Assembly: GCA_038046805.1 (NCBI GenBank)
Contig: JBBSVO010000001.1
Coordinates: 453 to 64,452, forward strand
Length of the DNA: 64,000 bases
Source: Candidatus Micrarchaeota archaeon
Lineage (GTDB): Archaea > Micrarchaeota > Micrarchaeia > Anstonellales > Bilamarchaeaceae
Direction: 5' to 3'
Part shown: positions 9,960 through 20,023 of the stretch, piece by piece
How the letters are laid out: each line of letters opens with the position of its first letter
Position numbering within the stretch: the first letter of the stretch is position 1
The notes under the pieces: generated by a model
Database searches by the model: none
Told to the model about the DNA's origin: nothing
What the model saw: only the letters and a program-made list of their open reading frames with translations
Program-made: the position numbers and the translations under genes

Positions 9960-10731
9960 ACCCCTCCAATTCCTCTGGCGTCCCCCAGCAGACGAACTTA
10001 TCCACGTCAAATATGTGTGCTTTTCTTCCAGATTCAACTACTTCATTCATGCACTGATCCACGTAGAATTCATTATTGACCCTATGGTTGAGGCGAATCA
10101 TCCTATCCGCTGCATCCAGAAAAACGCGTGCGGATTTGAAATAAAAGGAACCAACAATCGCGTGATCATTGAAAGGATTTGGACTAATCGGAACTTTCAC
10201 CGATACTTTTTTTATTGAGCCGCCCTGGACTCTGGACCCGGAACCCGAAACGCAATCTGTTTCCACCCAGCCCCAGGATTTTGGATTTTCTGTAAGCCGC
10301 TCGTCATGCGTGAACGTGAATGCGATTGCATCGGAATTTTTCTTTTTGTCAGCAACCAACTCCAAAAACTTCTTCCTATTCCACACCGGCGCATTGTCAC
10401 ATGCCCCGATGAATAATGGTTTGCAGTCATCCTGTTCAAGCAGATCTCTTGCAAGAAGACAGGTTGATGCCTGGCCTTCGGTGAGCTTGTCAACCGTGAT
10501 GATTTCAGCATTGGGAATCGTGCCTTTCAAAACCTTATCAAGCCCGTATTTTGAAACATGCTCGGAACGGCAAATGAAAATCCACCTATCAGCCTTAGGC
10601 ATGGATTCAATTGCACGAAGGATCATTGGAGTTCCATCAACAGGAATAAGTGGCTTGGGTAAAGAATAACCTGCATTTGCAAAACGCGCGCCTGCACCGG
10701 CCATCGGAACAAGATTTGTGAGACCTTTCAT
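9943..10731 (-). CDS. sugar/polyol-phosphate nucleotidyltransferase
   Basis: PMAGAGARF..YSLPKPLIPVDG, LTEGQASTC, NNEFYVD, WGTPEEL. Confidence 0.82.
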   Translation of the reverse strand: MKGLTNLVPMAGAGARFANAGYSLPKPLIPVDGTPMILRAIESMPKADRWIFICRSEHVSKYGLDKVLKGTIPNAEIITVDKLTEGQASTCLLARDLLEQDDCKPLFIGACDNAPVWNRKKFLELVADKKKNSDAIAFTFTHDERLTENPKSWGWVETDCVSGSGSRVQGGSIKKVSVKVPISPNPFNDHAIVGSFYFKSARVFLDAADRMIRLNHRVNNEFYVDQCMNEVVESGRKAHIFDVDKFVCWGTPEELEGYEHER

Positions 10732-11318
10732 CAAAACCACTTTTCTGGAGTTTTGGTAAGGACTGCATCGATCCTGGCTCCGAGCTCTCTCAGCTTTTTC
10801 TGGTAAGGTATGATATCCTGAGGCCTTCCAAGAAGTTCCGGGGAAACAAGGCAGATTTTGAAGTTCTTGGAAAGGCGATTATAAACGCTCTTGGTAAGAG
10901 GAAGTTTTGTAAAAACATCTACGAAAACCCATTCACACTTCCCGTTCATTGCAAGCGGGGTTTCGATTGATTCATATTCGGAAAAACGAACTGCGTTTTT
11001 TGTGAATCCGCCATTGGCGAGCTTTACGATAAACGGGAATGAGACATCAAGAAGAAAATAGTTTGTTATGTTGTTTTGCTCGAGAAGTTCGATTACGCGG
11101 CGCTCTATTCCTTCGCTCTTTATATTCGCTATAAGAAAGGCATGGTGATAATGTTTCAGGAATTCTGAAAAGCCGTCACACCGCGCCCCTGCTACAAAAG
11201 GATCATGATGAAGAATCAGTCTCTCTCCGTCATAGCGGATATCAATTTCTATTCCGAGATTTTGCGGAAGAGCCCGTAGTTCTGAAATTGTATTTACCCT
11301 GTGTTTGATGATTAACAT
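10731..11318 (-). CDS. glycerophosphodiester phosphodiesterase/PI-PLC-like small protein
   Basis: IIKHRVN, GIEIDIR, LILHHDP, NIKSEG (GDPD-type His/Glu/Asp pattern). Confidence 0.65.
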   Translation of the reverse strand: MLIIKHRVNTISELRALPQNLGIEIDIRYDGERLILHHDPFVAGARCDGFSEFLKHYHHAFLIANIKSEGIERRVIELLEQNNITNYFLLDVSFPFIVKLANGGFTKNAVRFSEYESIETPLAMNGKCEWVFVDVFTKLPLTKSVYNRLSKNFKICLVSPELLGRPQDIIPYQKKLRELGARIDAVLTKTPEKWF

Positions 11319-12122
11319 TCAAATCCTGCCCCTGAAAAAATAATCATGCCAAAATTCATAATGGCGTACGTCCGCAGGAGTCCCAAAGCAGATGAACCTT
11401 TTGACCTCGTAAACAAAAACCCGCAATCCATCTTTTATCATTGGATTGAATGGAAGGCTTGCATAGAATTCGCTTCCGGGGCCAGCACGCAGGTTGAGTT
11501 GGACCGCCGCGCGGAAATACTTTTTCATTAGCGACCCGGTACGGAAATAATATGTCCCGGTTGAAGCAAATTCGTTGAGTTTGTTATCAGTGAACGATTC
11601 CTTTTCACGGATTTCAAGAACACGAAGTTCGGATGTAGAATTAGAATCAACATGAGAATCATCAAGGCGAAGATAAGCATATTTCGTCCCTGTGAATTGC
11701 GCTGGCTGAAAACCGCGGAATGCAGGAATGCCTCCATCGGCCTTCTTGGAATGCATCTCTTTTATGAAGCGTTCATAATCCCATTCCATTGCAAAATCGC
11801 AATAATTCACGATAACTTCTTCGTTATCTGGAATGCTTTTTTCTGCGAGAAGAACTGATGTAACTGGCCCATTATTATCTGGATTTATTGGAATGATTTG
11901 TGAATTTGGCCGCACGGATTTCAAGACATCCGCAAGGTTAGTTGTATCAAGATGTTCCTTGTTGCAAATGAAAATGAATTCTATATCCGCATCGTTGGGA
12001 AATGAATCACAGGCATGCGCAACCATCGCCTTTCCTCCGATTTTTATAAGTGATTTTAATTCAGTGTAGCCTTCATCAGCGAAACGCTTTCCTGAACCGG
12101 CCATTGGCATGATGATTTTCAT
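11319..12122 (-). CDS. second sugar/polyol-phosphate nucleotidyltransferase
   Basis: MPMAGSGKRF, VNYCDF, STGTYYF, FGTPAD; paralog of 9943-10731. Confidence 0.82.
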   Translation of the reverse strand: MKIIMPMAGSGKRFADEGYTELKSLIKIGGKAMVAHACDSFPNDADIEFIFICNKEHLDTTNLADVLKSVRPNSQIIPINPDNNGPVTSVLLAEKSIPDNEEVIVNYCDFAMEWDYERFIKEMHSKKADGGIPAFRGFQPAQFTGTKYAYLRLDDSHVDSNSTSELRVLEIREKESFTDNKLNEFASTGTYYFRTGSLMKKYFRAAVQLNLRAGPGSEFYASLPFNPMIKDGLRVFVYEVKRFICFGTPADVRHYEFWHDYFFRGRI

Positions 12123-12155
12123 AGAGTTCACATCAATCAATTCACTTTTTCACAG

Positions 12156-12671
12156 CTACTTCAATTTGAATTCCGAAAGTTTCTTCCATTTTAACTTTAC
12201 TTCGTCATTCTTTACTAGATATAATGATTGAACGGAAAAGGTTAAAGATAAATTTCTCAATCCGGATTTCTTGATCATTGACTGTTTTGTATCTTTGTCG
12301 ACATCTCCATAAAAAAGGCTCATGTGCGGAATGTAATCGGTTTCTTCAAAATCAAAAATATCGCATGCGATTCTTCTTGCCTTAAGAAATTCTGGAGTTT
12401 GTTCGACATTAAGGAAAAACGAGCGGAAAAACTCATCATGGAAACTAGCACCTTTTATGGAAACAGTAAATTGACTTAATCTGGAGGCCAATTGCTCTGT
12501 CTTTTCAAGAAGTACTTTCTCCTCTTTGACAAATCCTCCAATAAGCGTTACGTGCGGTTCAAAATTCGGTCCGCCATACTCTAGACGTAGTTTCTCAATT
12601 AGTGTAGTCAGTTTATTCTTAGTGTTTCCTTCAGGCATTAACCAGATTGAATAGGATAATGGAATTCGCAT
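12156..12671 (-). CDS. 2H phosphoesterase / cyclic phosphodiesterase
   Basis: Two HxT/S motifs: FEPHVTL and YIPHMSL. Confidence 0.85.
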   Translation of the reverse strand: MRIPLSYSIWLMPEGNTKNKLTTLIEKLRLEYGGPNFEPHVTLIGGFVKEEKVLLEKTEQLASRLSQFTVSIKGASFHDEFFRSFFLNVEQTPEFLKARRIACDIFDFEETDYIPHMSLFYGDVDKDTKQSMIKKSGLRNLSLTFSVQSLYLVKNDEVKLKWKKLSEFKLK

Positions 12672-12678
12672 GTTTCAT

Positions 12679-13596
12679 CTACTCCTTCACCCATTTTCTC
12701 CAGTAATCAACAGAAGCCTTAAGGTCGTTCAGCACGTTGCTTTCGTACGGTTCCCTTTCCCGAAAACTCAATTCAAGCATTAATGCTACGTCCTTTGCAC
12801 CGCTTTTTGCAAGCGAATCAAGGACCGCGTCACCACGGACTTTTCCGATTTTATTATATTCTGGAGTAAACGGCCTGAAACCATGCTTATCCTGAAGGCT
12901 TTGTTTTAAATGAACGCATGGAGAAATTGCGCCAAAACGTTCCAACCAGGTATAAGGATTCGTATCATCTGGATTTGTTGAAGAAACATCCCCGTGATCA
13001 ACATCAAGGCACAGTTTCATAGGAATTGCTAAATCTGCATCGTCTAGCAGTTTCTGAAGAGACGCAGCTGCCTCTATGGTTTCCCCATACTCTCGGGGGA
13101 TGGACATGGGTTCCCACATAAGATATTCAAGACCTGCATCCTTGGCATATACGGCAATCTCCTTCCAACATTCGATATTCTGTTTGAGCCGCTCGTTTCG
13201 CGCGTGTTTATCTGAAAGGTCTCTCATGCTTAGGATTCCGAAATGGCTTCCCATTCCCTTTGCTCCAAGGGAAACTGAAATGACTGCATATTTTTTGAAC
13301 CAGTTTACCCAGTATTTTCTGACTGCGGCATCCGGATGAGATAGGTGATTTACTCTGGTATATGCTCCGGTGAATGTAGAATGGATCGAAACCCCATGGC
13401 GTTCGAGATTTTCGTTTATTTCTTTTGTATGCCGCTTTATTACGTCTTCTGGGAGATAGGGATTGAGCATTTCTGCGGTGAATTGAACCGAACGAAGACC
13501 AAGAACCTCGCCAACGATTCGAATCCATTCTTCATGTTCTGGAAACATATTGATGGCGAAGCCCGTGTTTATTCCAAGTGTTGTTTTGACAGTCAT
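12679..13596 (-). CDS. xylose-isomerase-like TIM barrel sugar-phosphate epimerase (EryC-like)
   Basis: LGINTGFAIN, WEPMS..RE, LDVDHG, VHLKQS, LELSFRE. Confidence 0.75.
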   Translation of the reverse strand: MTVKTTLGINTGFAINMFPEHEEWIRIVGEVLGLRSVQFTAEMLNPYLPEDVIKRHTKEINENLERHGVSIHSTFTGAYTRVNHLSHPDAAVRKYWVNWFKKYAVISVSLGAKGMGSHFGILSMRDLSDKHARNERLKQNIECWKEIAVYAKDAGLEYLMWEPMSIPREYGETIEAAASLQKLLDDADLAIPMKLCLDVDHGDVSSTNPDDTNPYTWLERFGAISPCVHLKQSLQDKHGFRPFTPEYNKIGKVRGDAVLDSLAKSGAKDVALMLELSFREREPYESNVLNDLKASVDYWRKWVKE

Positions 13597-14648
13597 GGAA
13601 AAACCACCACACGAAGCGCTTTTGGATCGCGACGCAATTCAAATGCCTTTTGGATTTCCGAAAGCCTGAAACGATGGGTGATGAGACCTGAAAACGCATC
13701 GAACAGCCTGCCAGAGGAAATAAGCTCCGTTGCAAGGCGATTCTGGCGTGGAACAGATCCATGCGACCCAGTAAGTGTGCATTCACTATAATGAAGAAGG
13801 TTTGAAGAAACAGAGATATTGCGTGCACCTGGCCCGGATGTGGGAAGCCCTCCGAAAAAGTTTATTGCCCCTCGTTTTGCAAGAACGGAAAGTGCCTGCT
13901 CCTGCGCATCTGCTGAACTGCATGCAGTGAAGATAAAATCAGCGCCTTTATCATCAGTAAGCCCAAGAATAGAATCCTTGAAATCAGGTTTGGAATTGTT
14001 TATATATTGGTCCGCGCTTCCGGATTTTTTCGCAACTGATAATTTTTCGTCCGAGACGTCCGCAAGGATTACTTTTTTTGAACCGCTTGCCTTGGCAAGC
14101 ATTGCCAGCATACAGCCGATTTGTCCTGCTCCAATTACAAGTACTGTTTTTCCAGGAACAAAACCAATTCGCTCAAATCCGTTTATGCAACATGCGAGCG
14201 GCTCCATAAAAGTAGCAAGCTCGGACGAAACATGCTGTGGAACTTTCTCAACTGCACCGTGCGAGACGACGAGCGGTTCAAGAAGACAATATTCCGCATA
14301 TCCGCCTGAAAACTGATAACCCATTGCGTAATTTACATCACAACAGTTTCCATTTCCGCTTGTACACCAGACACACTCTCCACATGGAACATCTGCCCCA
14401 ACTGCCAGCCGGTCACCATTACTAAAGCCTGAAACTCCTTCGCCGATAGCAACAACTTCACCAACAATCTCATGTCCGATTATAGCGGGATATTTTACAC
14501 GATTATTCCCGCTCGAAAGAATACGAAGATCTGAACCGCAGACTCCGCAGGCCAAAATCTTTAGTAGGATACTTCCTGGTTTGATCGTGGGGGTAGCTAC
14601 CTCCTTAAGCACAATTTTATCAACACCATCCAATAATGCGGCTTTCAT
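13593..14648 (-). CDS. Zn-dependent polyol dehydrogenase (MDR family)
   Basis: CGVCGSD, GHEIVG, CGECVWC..CC, GAGQIG. Confidence 0.9.
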   Translation of the reverse strand: MKAALLDGVDKIVLKEVATPTIKPGSILLKILACGVCGSDLRILSSGNNRVKYPAIIGHEIVGEVVAIGEGVSGFSNGDRLAVGADVPCGECVWCTSGNGNCCDVNYAMGYQFSGGYAEYCLLEPLVVSHGAVEKVPQHVSSELATFMEPLACCINGFERIGFVPGKTVLVIGAGQIGCMLAMLAKASGSKKVILADVSDEKLSVAKKSGSADQYINNSKPDFKDSILGLTDDKGADFIFTACSSADAQEQALSVLAKRGAINFFGGLPTSGPGARNISVSSNLLHYSECTLTGSHGSVPRQNRLATELISSGRLFDAFSGLITHRFRLSEIQKAFELRRDPKALRVVVFP

Positions 14649-14682
14649 AGAACAACAACTCAGACACAACAACCCAGACGTA

Positions 14683-15720
14683 TCAATCCGAAGTGAATAC
14701 CACTTTGATAAACTCCATCTTTTTTTCAGTAATGTCAGAAAAAACCTTTGAAATATCCTTAAGCTGGAAATGATGTGTGACTAAGGATTTGCAATCAATC
14801 GCTCCTTGCGCGAGAATGTCAATGCACATTTGCCAGTCATCATTTACGACCGAATTCCAACTTCCGAGAATGGAAACCTCCTTGCGCACAAGGTTCTTCT
14901 GGAGAATGTCATCTGGAATTTCAAGTTTGGATTTTGGATTTCCAACAAAAACAACAGAACCGCCCTTGCGAACCGTAAGCAATGATTGGAACTCAAACTC
15001 TGATGCCCCGGAGCATTCTACTACAAAATCAGTTCCGCGCCCTCCGGTGATTTCTGAAACAGAGGAGAGCACATTCGCACTTTGGCTATTTACAGTATGA
15101 GTTGCACCAACTTTTCTTGCGACTGAAAGTTTGAAATCGTTCCTGTCAACTACAATAATTTTTCCTGCGCCGAAAATGCGCGCCCATTGAACTGCAAAAA
15201 GACCTACTGTGCCCATCCCATAAACAAGAACAGAAGAACCCGCCTGAAGCTTCAGTTTACGCACACCGTGAAGTGCAACTGCCATCGGCTCAATTAGCGC
15301 GGCATCCTCCAAACCAACTTCCTTTGGAACCTTTACAAGGCACGACACAGGACATTTTACATATTCCGCAAAGCCACCGCTTGTCCTTGAACCAAGATAA
15401 TTATATTTTTCACAGAGTTGATGTTTTCCTTCTTTGCAGAATTCACATGAATTGCATGGAATAAGAGGGTAAATCGCGACCTTTTCCCCAATTGAAAAGC
15501 TATTCACTCCTTCGCCAATCTTTGCTACTTCCCCGGAAAATTCGTGACCCATTATTAGCGGGAATTTGTAGACCATTTTCCCACTTGAATAGCGGCCGAT
15601 ATCGGAACTGCAGATTCCTGCACATCGAACCTTAACCAGGACATCACCGGAAGAAACAGCAGGACGAGACACCTGCTCATATCTTAGGTCTCGTTCTGCG
15701 TACAAAACACCAGCATTCAT
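14683..15720 (-). CDS. Zn-dependent alditol-phosphate dehydrogenase (galactitol-1-P 5-dehydrogenase-like)
   Basis: GICSSD, GHEFSG, PLIPCNSCEFC, YLGSRTSGGFAEY, GSWNS. Confidence 0.85.
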   Translation of the reverse strand: MNAGVLYAERDLRYEQVSRPAVSSGDVLVKVRCAGICSSDIGRYSSGKMVYKFPLIMGHEFSGEVAKIGEGVNSFSIGEKVAIYPLIPCNSCEFCKEGKHQLCEKYNYLGSRTSGGFAEYVKCPVSCLVKVPKEVGLEDAALIEPMAVALHGVRKLKLQAGSSVLVYGMGTVGLFAVQWARIFGAGKIIVVDRNDFKLSVARKVGATHTVNSQSANVLSSVSEITGGRGTDFVVECSGASEFEFQSLLTVRKGGSVVFVGNPKSKLEIPDDILQKNLVRKEVSILGSWNSVVNDDWQMCIDILAQGAIDCKSLVTHHFQLKDISKVFSDITEKKMEFIKVVFTSD

Positions 15721-15768
15721 TAATGAGTCAGAATCAGATATGTAATCACCATTTGATCGTCATTTGAA

Positions 15769-16476
15769 TTACCATTTATAGTTTTTCTCCGCAAGATCAC
15801 GCATTGATTTTATTTTGTCTTTATAATTTGAAGAAGTCGCATCTTTTGTAAAAAGACCGGTAGTACCACCGATAAATATATTTGCGCCTTCAGCAGCAAG
15901 AAGCGGGATTGTCTCTCCACCAACATGCCCATCAACTGAAATATCTGGATGAAAACCCTGCTCTTTGAGAGTCTTAACGAATTTGGACATTTTCGGAAGA
16001 ACATCAGGACGGAATTTCTGGCCCATGTCCCCTGGTCTTGTTGCCATGAAAAGGATTTCATCCACCAAATCCAGGCAATCAAAAAGAATGGTCATTGGAG
16101 TTTCAACATTGAGCGCAACACCGGCATTGATTCCATGATCTTTTATTTCACGGAGGGCATAATCCGGGTTTTTGCAGCCCTCGGCATGGAAAACAATGGT
16201 GTTCACACCGGATTCTGAAAGCCTGTGAAGATAACGCGCAGGCTCATATGCCATAAGATGTACGTGAAGGGGTAGCTTAGTGGCCTTTCGTATGGAATCG
16301 ATCTGCCAAAAATTAAGGGCAAAATTCTGGACAAATGAGCCATCCATAATGTCCACATGGAATGAATCAGCACCGGCTGCTTCAAGTGATTTTATCTCAT
16401 TCCCAAGGTTAAGCCAATCAGCGCACATTAGGGAAGCAGATACTTTGACACTATGATCATTGGAAATTGAAGCCAT
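15769..16476 (-). CDS. ribulose-phosphate 3-epimerase family (Rpe/AlsE-like)
   Basis: SASLMCAD, HVDIMDG, HVHLM, SVDGH, GTTGLF. Confidence 0.88.
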   Translation of the reverse strand: MASISNDHSVKVSASLMCADWLNLGNEIKSLEAAGADSFHVDIMDGSFVQNFALNFWQIDSIRKATKLPLHVHLMAYEPARYLHRLSESGVNTIVFHAEGCKNPDYALREIKDHGINAGVALNVETPMTILFDCLDLVDEILFMATRPGDMGQKFRPDVLPKMSKFVKTLKEQGFHPDISVDGHVGGETIPLLAAEGANIFIGGTTGLFTKDATSSNYKDKIKSMRDLAEKNYKW

Positions 16477-16540
16477 ATGGTATAATATGATGGCGTTTTA
16501 ATTTAAAAAGTAAAGGTTCGGGGCCGAAACCAAGGAAGAA

Positions 16541-18973
16541 CTAGGATTGCACTTTGAATGTCAGGACGCTGTAGATAGACGTACCGCCTTCTGAAAACAC
16601 ATTTTTTAGATTGTATTCCTCAATAAACCATTCTGCTGGAAGCTCCCCATTCTCAAAAACAAGGTATTCCGGGGCATAACGCGGAATATAATTGAATGCG
16701 ATTTCTTTTTTTGCAGTTGTATCCAGATTGATTATTGTTGACGGGTCAAATGAATTCATCGAAGAAATAAACTCGCGCTCGCGCACGAAAAAATTATCTT
16801 CTTTAAATAGTGAAAAATAATCTGCGTATGCAAATGTTTTGTTGCTGGTTTCTGCTGCAGTTGAAAACGAATTCATAAAACGCGACCAGGTCTTGTTTGA
16901 GATTGTCTGCGGATCAACAACCGCAAGGTAAAAATTGAGCGTGTCGGTTGAACGTGTTATATAATCCGATTGCATCAGGATTCCCTTTGGTTTGTGTTGT
17001 TCAACAACAGCTTGCCTTCCAGATATCGCAGTGCGGATAATACCTGATGGATACCAGGACGAAGGGGCAGCCCTACCAACCGAATCTGCAAATTCGTATT
17101 GCCTTCCAAAAAGGATTACAGAGTCTTTTTGAGTTGCCGTATTCAGATAGTTAAGCGCATTGATGAGCGATTTGTCATAGAATGCCCAGCTGAAAAGAAC
17201 TGTATTTGGACAGCACCCCTGCCCCTTGAATGAAGCAGCAAACGAGACAGTATAGAGATTAACCAGAGTTACTGGATTTAACATGCCAGAAGTCCCGGAA
17301 GCACCGGACCAGGTAAAATCTGCTGACGGGACATAGATAAGAAATGCACTCGCAGCACTACTTATGAAAAGAACTGCGGTAAGAACAATGGTAGGAATTT
17401 TCTGAAGAATGCCTGTAGATGAAAGCCACCTAAACAGAAAAACAATTCCAATAAGAAAACCAGGCACTGCAAACTGATAATTGTTGTTTTCCGTAACTTC
17501 CACTAAGAAAACGCTTAGAATCAGGCTAAAAAAGATACACGCATCCAAAAGGATCGAATCTTGTGAAAATAAGGGTGAAATTGAAATTTCAGAAGAACTT
17601 TTTCTAAATCCAAGGACCATTGCAAGCGAAGCAAAGGATTTTGTCAGGAAAGATACTGCACCTGAAAGAACAAATGGAAGTGCAAAACCAAATAAAAGAA
17701 CCAGAGTAGCAACCAGTGAAATTAATGGAAATAGAATCAGCAGGATCCCACTTATTTGAGATGCTGAAGCAGTGAGCTTGAAAAATCCTGGGAAAAAAAT
17801 CCAGAGATTATGCGGGTGCGCACCACCCATAAAAACCAGAATATAGACTATGAGCGGAACAAAAACAATAAGCGGCTGGACGAAAGGTTGAAACGAGCGC
17901 TCGCGCATGGAATAAAACACGGAAACCCCAAGTACGGCAAGAATAACCGGAATTGCGATAGCAGTTTTTGTAAGTGCAAGTGCCAGAATGAAGAGATATT
18001 GAACTGGAGTTAAGGAAAACGAGCTTTCTTTAACGGTTTTGTCATCTTTAGGAGTTTTGGCTCTATGACCAGTAAGTAAAAACCCGAGCACGAGCGAGAA
18101 ACCAAGTCCAAAAGAAGACATAAATGTCAGGCGCGAAAGCAATGCGTGTTGGGGGAAACCAAGAATCACCTCCAAAGGAAGAAACAGAAGTGATGCGAAT
18201 AATGCTGTGAACGTAGCCGCAAGCGCAGCCCTCGAGGAATTTGTAACTCTAAGGGCAAAGGAATAGAACAGAACTAAAAAAACCAGAATAAAGATAATTG
18301 GAAGAACGACATAAACCGATGTAAGAGAAGGAATATTGAATGTGTTTTCCAGAAGATAGATCAAAACAGGCGCACCAAAATTATACCTGAGGTCCTTCCC
18401 GTTATAGGAAAGATCCTTTGTATCCGGAAGCCATGAAAGAGATTTGGAATTACTGATTTCATAGGTTCCGTGAAGCGCGTCCTTGAGATAAAGACCGTCG
18501 GTGGAATATATAATATTCCCGGAAATCAGAAATACTGCGGCAATATAAAATATGGAAAGCGCAGTAAACTGCGTAGAACCAAGGAAGGAAATGTCTGGTT
18601 TACAGATGGCTAAATTCTTGCGCACGAACAAAAGATAAAGTGCAGTGATTGAAACGGTAGCGAAAAACAGATAAACAACTGTTAAAAGATCAGATATGAC
18701 AAATCGTGCGAGAATAAAGAAGATTATGAATAGAGATGTGCCGAGAAGAAATGAAATGGCTGCTCCAAAAAACGGACAGGAAGAGACTTTGTCCTCGCTC
18801 CGCAAAAAAGACCAAAAAATTGCACCTGAGATGATAAAAAGGATAAAAAAAGCAAGAGAATTGAAGAAAACTTCTATGGAATCAATAATTAAATATGAAA
18901 GCGAGAGAGCAGATAATAACAGAAATATATTAAGGCAGATAATAAACAGATTTGAATTTTGTTTTGCGAACAT
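16541..18973 (-). CDS. polytopic membrane protein, possible GT-C-type glycosyl/polyol-phosphate transferase
   Basis: 810 aa, >12 hydrophobic helices, first loop with D..H and LRYNFG, soluble C-terminal domain; adjoins sugar cluster. Confidence 0.55.
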   Translation of the reverse strand: MFAKQNSNLFIICLNIFLLLSALSLSYLIIDSIEVFFNSLAFFILFIISGAIFWSFLRSEDKVSSCPFFGAAISFLLGTSLFIIFFILARFVISDLLTVVYLFFATVSITALYLLFVRKNLAICKPDISFLGSTQFTALSIFYIAAVFLISGNIIYSTDGLYLKDALHGTYEISNSKSLSWLPDTKDLSYNGKDLRYNFGAPVLIYLLENTFNIPSLTSVYVVLPIIFILVFLVLFYSFALRVTNSSRAALAATFTALFASLLFLPLEVILGFPQHALLSRLTFMSSFGLGFSLVLGFLLTGHRAKTPKDDKTVKESSFSLTPVQYLFILALALTKTAIAIPVILAVLGVSVFYSMRERSFQPFVQPLIVFVPLIVYILVFMGGAHPHNLWIFFPGFFKLTASASQISGILLILFPLISLVATLVLLFGFALPFVLSGAVSFLTKSFASLAMVLGFRKSSSEISISPLFSQDSILLDACIFFSLILSVFLVEVTENNNYQFAVPGFLIGIVFLFRWLSSTGILQKIPTIVLTAVLFISSAASAFLIYVPSADFTWSGASGTSGMLNPVTLVNLYTVSFAASFKGQGCCPNTVLFSWAFYDKSLINALNYLNTATQKDSVILFGRQYEFADSVGRAAPSSWYPSGIIRTAISGRQAVVEQHKPKGILMQSDYITRSTDTLNFYLAVVDPQTISNKTWSRFMNSFSTAAETSNKTFAYADYFSLFKEDNFFVREREFISSMNSFDPSTIINLDTTAKKEIAFNYIPRYAPEYLVFENGELPAEWFIEEYNLKNVFSEGGTSIYSVLTFKVQS

Positions 18974-19004
18974 AACATCACGTCCAGTAACTAGAAGCTA
19001 GCCC

Positions 19005-19997
19005 CTATTCCTGACTTGCCTTCCATGCATCGCTGGTATCTTTTCCTACAACGTCGCTTATATAGTTTTTGAATTTGGAATCAGATATGGCCTTAGTGGT
19101 TTTTTCAAATTCCTTGTCAATAAGCAGGAAAATTGAGCCATAATCATTGAAATCAAATCCATAATATTTACAGAGGAGGAATGGCGCCTTTGCAAAACTG
19201 AAAATAGACTGATCACAGGCAGTAGATACGGGTTTAAAGTCGCCATCCGTCGTTCCATTACCACCCCAGTTTCCGCTTATGTGGAATGAAATTGCCTTTG
19301 CAAACTGCTCCTGGATATTGTAAGAAACCGTTGTGCGCTTGTAAAACATAACATGCACGGCCTCATGAACAAATAAAAGCTGGTCCTGGATGCGGAGTGC
19401 ATTTTCCTCGTTGAAAGGAAGAATCCGGTTTTTCTTTTCGTAATCAAATGTGCAAATATGCGCTGTGCCATAGTCGGAACCACTGGAAATCAGATAAAAA
19501 CCGGTGGACTCGTTGGTAGCCTGACCACAAGTGGTATCGCCATTAAGATGAACGCGAATTGGCTTAACCCCATCGGTAAAGTCTACAGACAAAAGTTTCT
19601 TGAGTTTATTTACTGCGGCCGTCATTCCCTTGTGCTTTGCAATCAAGGTTGAACGTGGGATTGGACAGGGTCTTTCACACACTGTGCGGATGTCACCGTC
19701 ATCATCAGAAATCATAAAGGAGTAAGTATCATCCGTGATTATCTTCAGCCCTTCGTTGCCAAAAACTTTTTTCTCGGATACGTTGAATGTATTGTTCGAA
19801 ATAGCGGAGTCAGACAAATTATTTTTTTCTAATTGATTCTGGAGAGGAAGTGGATTTGGAGAAATTAGATTGGAAACCGGATTTTGTAAAGAAGAATCCG
19901 ATTTTTCTTTTTCCTGTGGTGACAGACAACCGAAAAGCGCGAGAGAGAGCACGACAAAAACAATCAATATTATGATGGGGATTTTCATATGTATCAC
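19005..19997 (-). CDS. lipoprotein-like zinc metallopeptidase (gluzincin-like)
   Basis: Signal peptide ending LFGC; FVHEAVH followed by IQEQFA. Confidence 0.6.
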   Translation of the reverse strand: MIHMKIPIIILIVFVVLSLALFGCLSPQEKEKSDSSLQNPVSNLISPNPLPLQNQLEKNNLSDSAISNNTFNVSEKKVFGNEGLKIITDDTYSFMISDDDGDIRTVCERPCPIPRSTLIAKHKGMTAAVNKLKKLLSVDFTDGVKPIRVHLNGDTTCGQATNESTGFYLISSGSDYGTAHICTFDYEKKNRILPFNEENALRIQDQLLFVHEAVHVMFYKRTTVSYNIQEQFAKAISFHISGNWGGNGTTDGDFKPVSTACDQSIFSFAKAPFLLCKYYGFDFNDYGSIFLLIDKEFEKTTKAISDSKFKNYISDVVGKDTSDAWKASQE

Positions 19998-20023
19998 GAG
20001 GCCATATTTTCAGTTTCATAAAC

